Source: Antedon mediterranea
Taxonomy: Eukaryota > Animalia > Echinodermata
Assembly: GCF_964355755.1 (NCBI RefSeq)
Contig: NC_092672.1
Coordinates: 28,216,437-28,280,436 of the forward strand
Reading direction: 5' to 3'
DNA length: 64,000 nt
Under the pieces are notes generated by a model that was not told the origin of the DNA, did not search any database, and saw only the letters and a list, made by a program, of their open reading frames with translations. Below, piece by piece: positions 61,427 through 64,000 of this stretch (the first letter of the stretch is position 1; each line of letters opens with the position of its first letter). Both the position numbers and the translations under genes were made by a program.

Positions 61427-63292
61427 TTAGACAGGAACCTCTTCCGACATCAGTAGAGGGTTGATGTATTCAAAACCTTCAAATTCTGATTGGTCAATTT
61501 CGTTTACGATTCTCCTGGAATATAAAAGTAAAATAGATTAACACAAATATAAAATTATTTCTCTCCATTACTTATAAAATAACTCATTTTTAGGACCTAA
61601 TGGAAACTAATTCTTTGTTTTAGGGATTAATTGGGTTTTCTAGAACCTATTGTGTTTATTATACAGTACAGTAGCGCCCCTTCTTTGGGAAACACCTATT
61701 CAGGGGACACCTCTGTTAAGTAGACAACTAACTAACTTGAAACTAACAAGGGGAAATATGTTTAAACACGACGAACAAGGGAGACATCCCTATGAAGAGG
61801 ACACTTTGTTGGGTCTTAAGGTTGTCCCCGTTATAGAGGTTCTACTGTAATTATATATTTAATAGATTTAAAAAAAAGCAAATATAAAGTTGCATTAACG
61901 ACCATAAAGCAGCTTATGATTGGAATATTCAATCAGTGATGTGATAACTACTGTAACTACCCCAATTGTAATCCGAAATACTTACGGGTCATCCGGTGTG
62001 AACCTGACTGGTTCATTTGTGAATTGTGGATCGAAGTGTTCCAAGTCGCGTTCCCCGTGCAGCGGTGGTTTGTAAGGTGGTGTAATCTGTTTCTTCTCAA
62101 GCTATATAAAAATTAAATATTTTATTTAATTTATGTTTTTTAAACGATAGAAGAACAATTCATGTGGTAGATTTAAAAATGATTCTATTGCAGTTTGTTT
62201 TATGCAATTATTTACAATGAAACAAATATTATTGCAGTAAAAATATTAGTTACTGCAGTACAATCATTGTGACATTAGGAGATCTGTCGCCATATTCACC
62301 AATCACATTTAGAGTAAGATATTTCACTTAAATACTTATTAAGTATTTTATTTAACTCAATCAATATTTAAGTATTTCCCTTAATTTGTATTCACTTAGA
62401 TAGGAGATTTTTTTTTTTTAAAGGGTAAATATTCCCTTAGCCTAAGTGTGAATACAGCCACAATATTCCAAGTAAAGAACATTGTTAACTTACTCTTTCC
62501 CAGTCAATAGTTTTAAAGAACGGATGTGTTGTGATGTCAGAAAAACCAGTGGTAGGATGACATCCAAGTCTGTCAGCTGGACTCTGAAAAAAAAATGAAA
62601 CAACTATTATTATTATAAATTGATATGACATTTTCAAAATAGAGAGCAGTGTACACATATGCATCATGTACACTTTTGGAAAGAGTAGGGAGCTATCCCA
62701 GAGTTCTGATCCATTTCTGTCATCTATCAGCTATCAACTGAGCTAACTGGTACAAATAACACTTAGTTAAAAAAAAAATTGCCGCAAACTGCGATCGCGT
62801 TCTATCGGACGCATACTAAACGAAAGCGATTTTCTGATTGGATAATTTCTTACAATGCTATACGGCGCTTGCTGACATATTATAATAAATTAGAACATGT
62901 CATGAGCAGTGGAATTTTTGAGTGACCAATAGCTCACATTCGGCGCAAACTTGAGGAAAATGATATAGGTGCCAACAAATATTAAACATGATAGATATTT
63001 TACTCAGCGGCACGCATGGCCCATTTCTCACAAATTGTCCGCCGCACACTGTAGGGGCTTTACTGTGACTAAAAATGAGTACATACCTTATTTAGAAAGC
63101 CCTTGAGAATCGATGCTGCCTTTACAGACAAGGATCTTGGTATTCTAATTGGTTTTTCTAGAATTACTTGGAATAAATAATCTTCGGTGTTCTGGTCAGG
63201 ATTCTCCGCATTTCCAACGATGTCAAACGGTGACCTTCCGGCCAACATCTCAAACATGAGTACGCCAAGAGCCCAGAAATCAACCGAATAAT
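61427..63292 (-). CDS. PRKCI: Atypical protein kinase C (iota/zeta type), last four exons; the gene continues beyond the window
   Basis: Exons 63292-63087, 62583-62494, 62101-61986, 61514-61427 (TAA). Peptides: [59 protein letters not shown] (turn motif) and [19 protein letters not shown] (Glu in the hydrophobic motif, as in aPKCs). Confidence 0.95.
61669..61847. mobile_element. Tc1-mariner-type MITE (CAGTAG...CTACTG, TA TSD); decayed relative at ~56822-56975
   Basis: TA|CAGTAGCGCCCCT...AGAGGTTCTACTG|TA with internal ggggacac repeats. Confidence 0.7.
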
Positions 63293-63449
63293 CTGAGAAT
63301 GAAAAAGACGAAAGTAAATCATCAGTGTCAAAGAAAATAAGTTTTTTTGTAAATTATAATGAGATTGACCCTAAAATGATTTTAAACTTCAATTTTGATA
63401 TGATGATGATAATACATCAAAACTGTGTATAGTTATTGCTTCTTTTTAC

Positions 63450-63484
63450 CACAGAGATATTATAGTGACTATAATATCTCTATG
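63450..63484. mobile_element. 35-bp CA...TG palindrome (17+1+17) with 7-bp target duplication
   Basis: TTTTTAC|CACAGAGATATTATAGT-G-ACTATAATATCTCTATG|TTTTTAC. Confidence 0.75.
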
Positions 63485-63649
63485 TTTTTACGTAGCAACA
63501 CCATATGTTTTGATTTGAGTATAGGTATGACATGCCATGTGTGCCAAAATATTTTTCTTTCCATGAATATTAAGCCAAATCACTAGAACTTCTGGTTTTT
63601 GGTTTCTTTTCAGTCTTTCAAACAAATGATAGAGGTTATACTTTCTAAA

Positions 63650-63785
63650 ATTCTGTCTACACTATCAAACTTGTTTGACAAAAAAAGTGTGATGTGCCCA
63701 AATATGGTAGTGATATGACATCATCATATCCATGGGCACATAACATTTTGTTGTCACGTAAAGTTTTGTAACGTATACAGAGCGT
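63650..63785. mobile_element. Decayed small palindromic MITE
   Basis: tgacaaaaaaagtgtgatgtgccca is mirrored by tgggcacataacattttgttgtca. Confidence 0.5.
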
Positions 63786-63787
63786 TA

Positions 63788-63966
63788 AGCTTGGTTCTCA
63801 GTAGAACGTAACGCAAGGACGTAAACGCAACGCAAGCGTTTTAACCAATGACAAGCGAAGTTATAGACAGTTAGCAATCACAAGCGAATAAGCCATCGCT
63901 TGTGATTGGTCAATTCACTTGCGTTGCGTTACGTCCTTGCGTTGCGTCGCTAGTGGGAACCACGCT
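63788..63966. mobile_element. PIF/Harbinger-type MITE with TTA TSD
   Basis: TTA|AGCTTGGTTCTCAGTAG...CTAGTGGGAACCACGCT|TTA, with a long inner IR aacgcaaggacgtaa / ttacgtccttgcgtt. Confidence 0.8.
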
Positions 63967-64000
63967 TTAGGTGTTAGAGGAAATGGTGTATAAGTTCTAA

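Overview
AT-rich, intron-containing metazoan DNA, probably an invertebrate deuterostome (inference only; the species cannot be named from sequence). Genes reconstructed by hand with GT-AG boundaries and phase checks: (1) an intronless Sulfotransfer_5/BCAT-like-N-terminus sulfotransferase gene (17545-18354, +), plus a frameshifted tandem paralog (9636-10379) and a captured 265-bp fragment (6633-6897); (2) a doublecortin-domain EML gene (DCX-EMAP-like, -, 30507-41231, 16 coding exons, one U12-type intron); (3) D2HGDH (+, 7 coding exons, 50091-57445); (4) the last four exons of atypical PKC (-, 61427-63292). The rest is repeat-rich: two truncated L2/CR1-group LINEs, several SINEs (one sharing its 3' stem-loop with a LINE, one Deu-domain, one 5S+tRNA+CORE chimera), Helentron-type non-autonomous elements, Harbinger and Tc1-mariner MITEs, and minisatellites. 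The most distinctive signal is three unrelated tiny CA...TG palindromes, each between exact 7-bp direct repeats, which look like P-superfamily excision footprints. Short TA-flanked footprints can be shown to be indels by comparing paralogous copies inside the window. There is no CRISPR array or prokaryotic system. Family assignments come from recalled motifs, not database searches.
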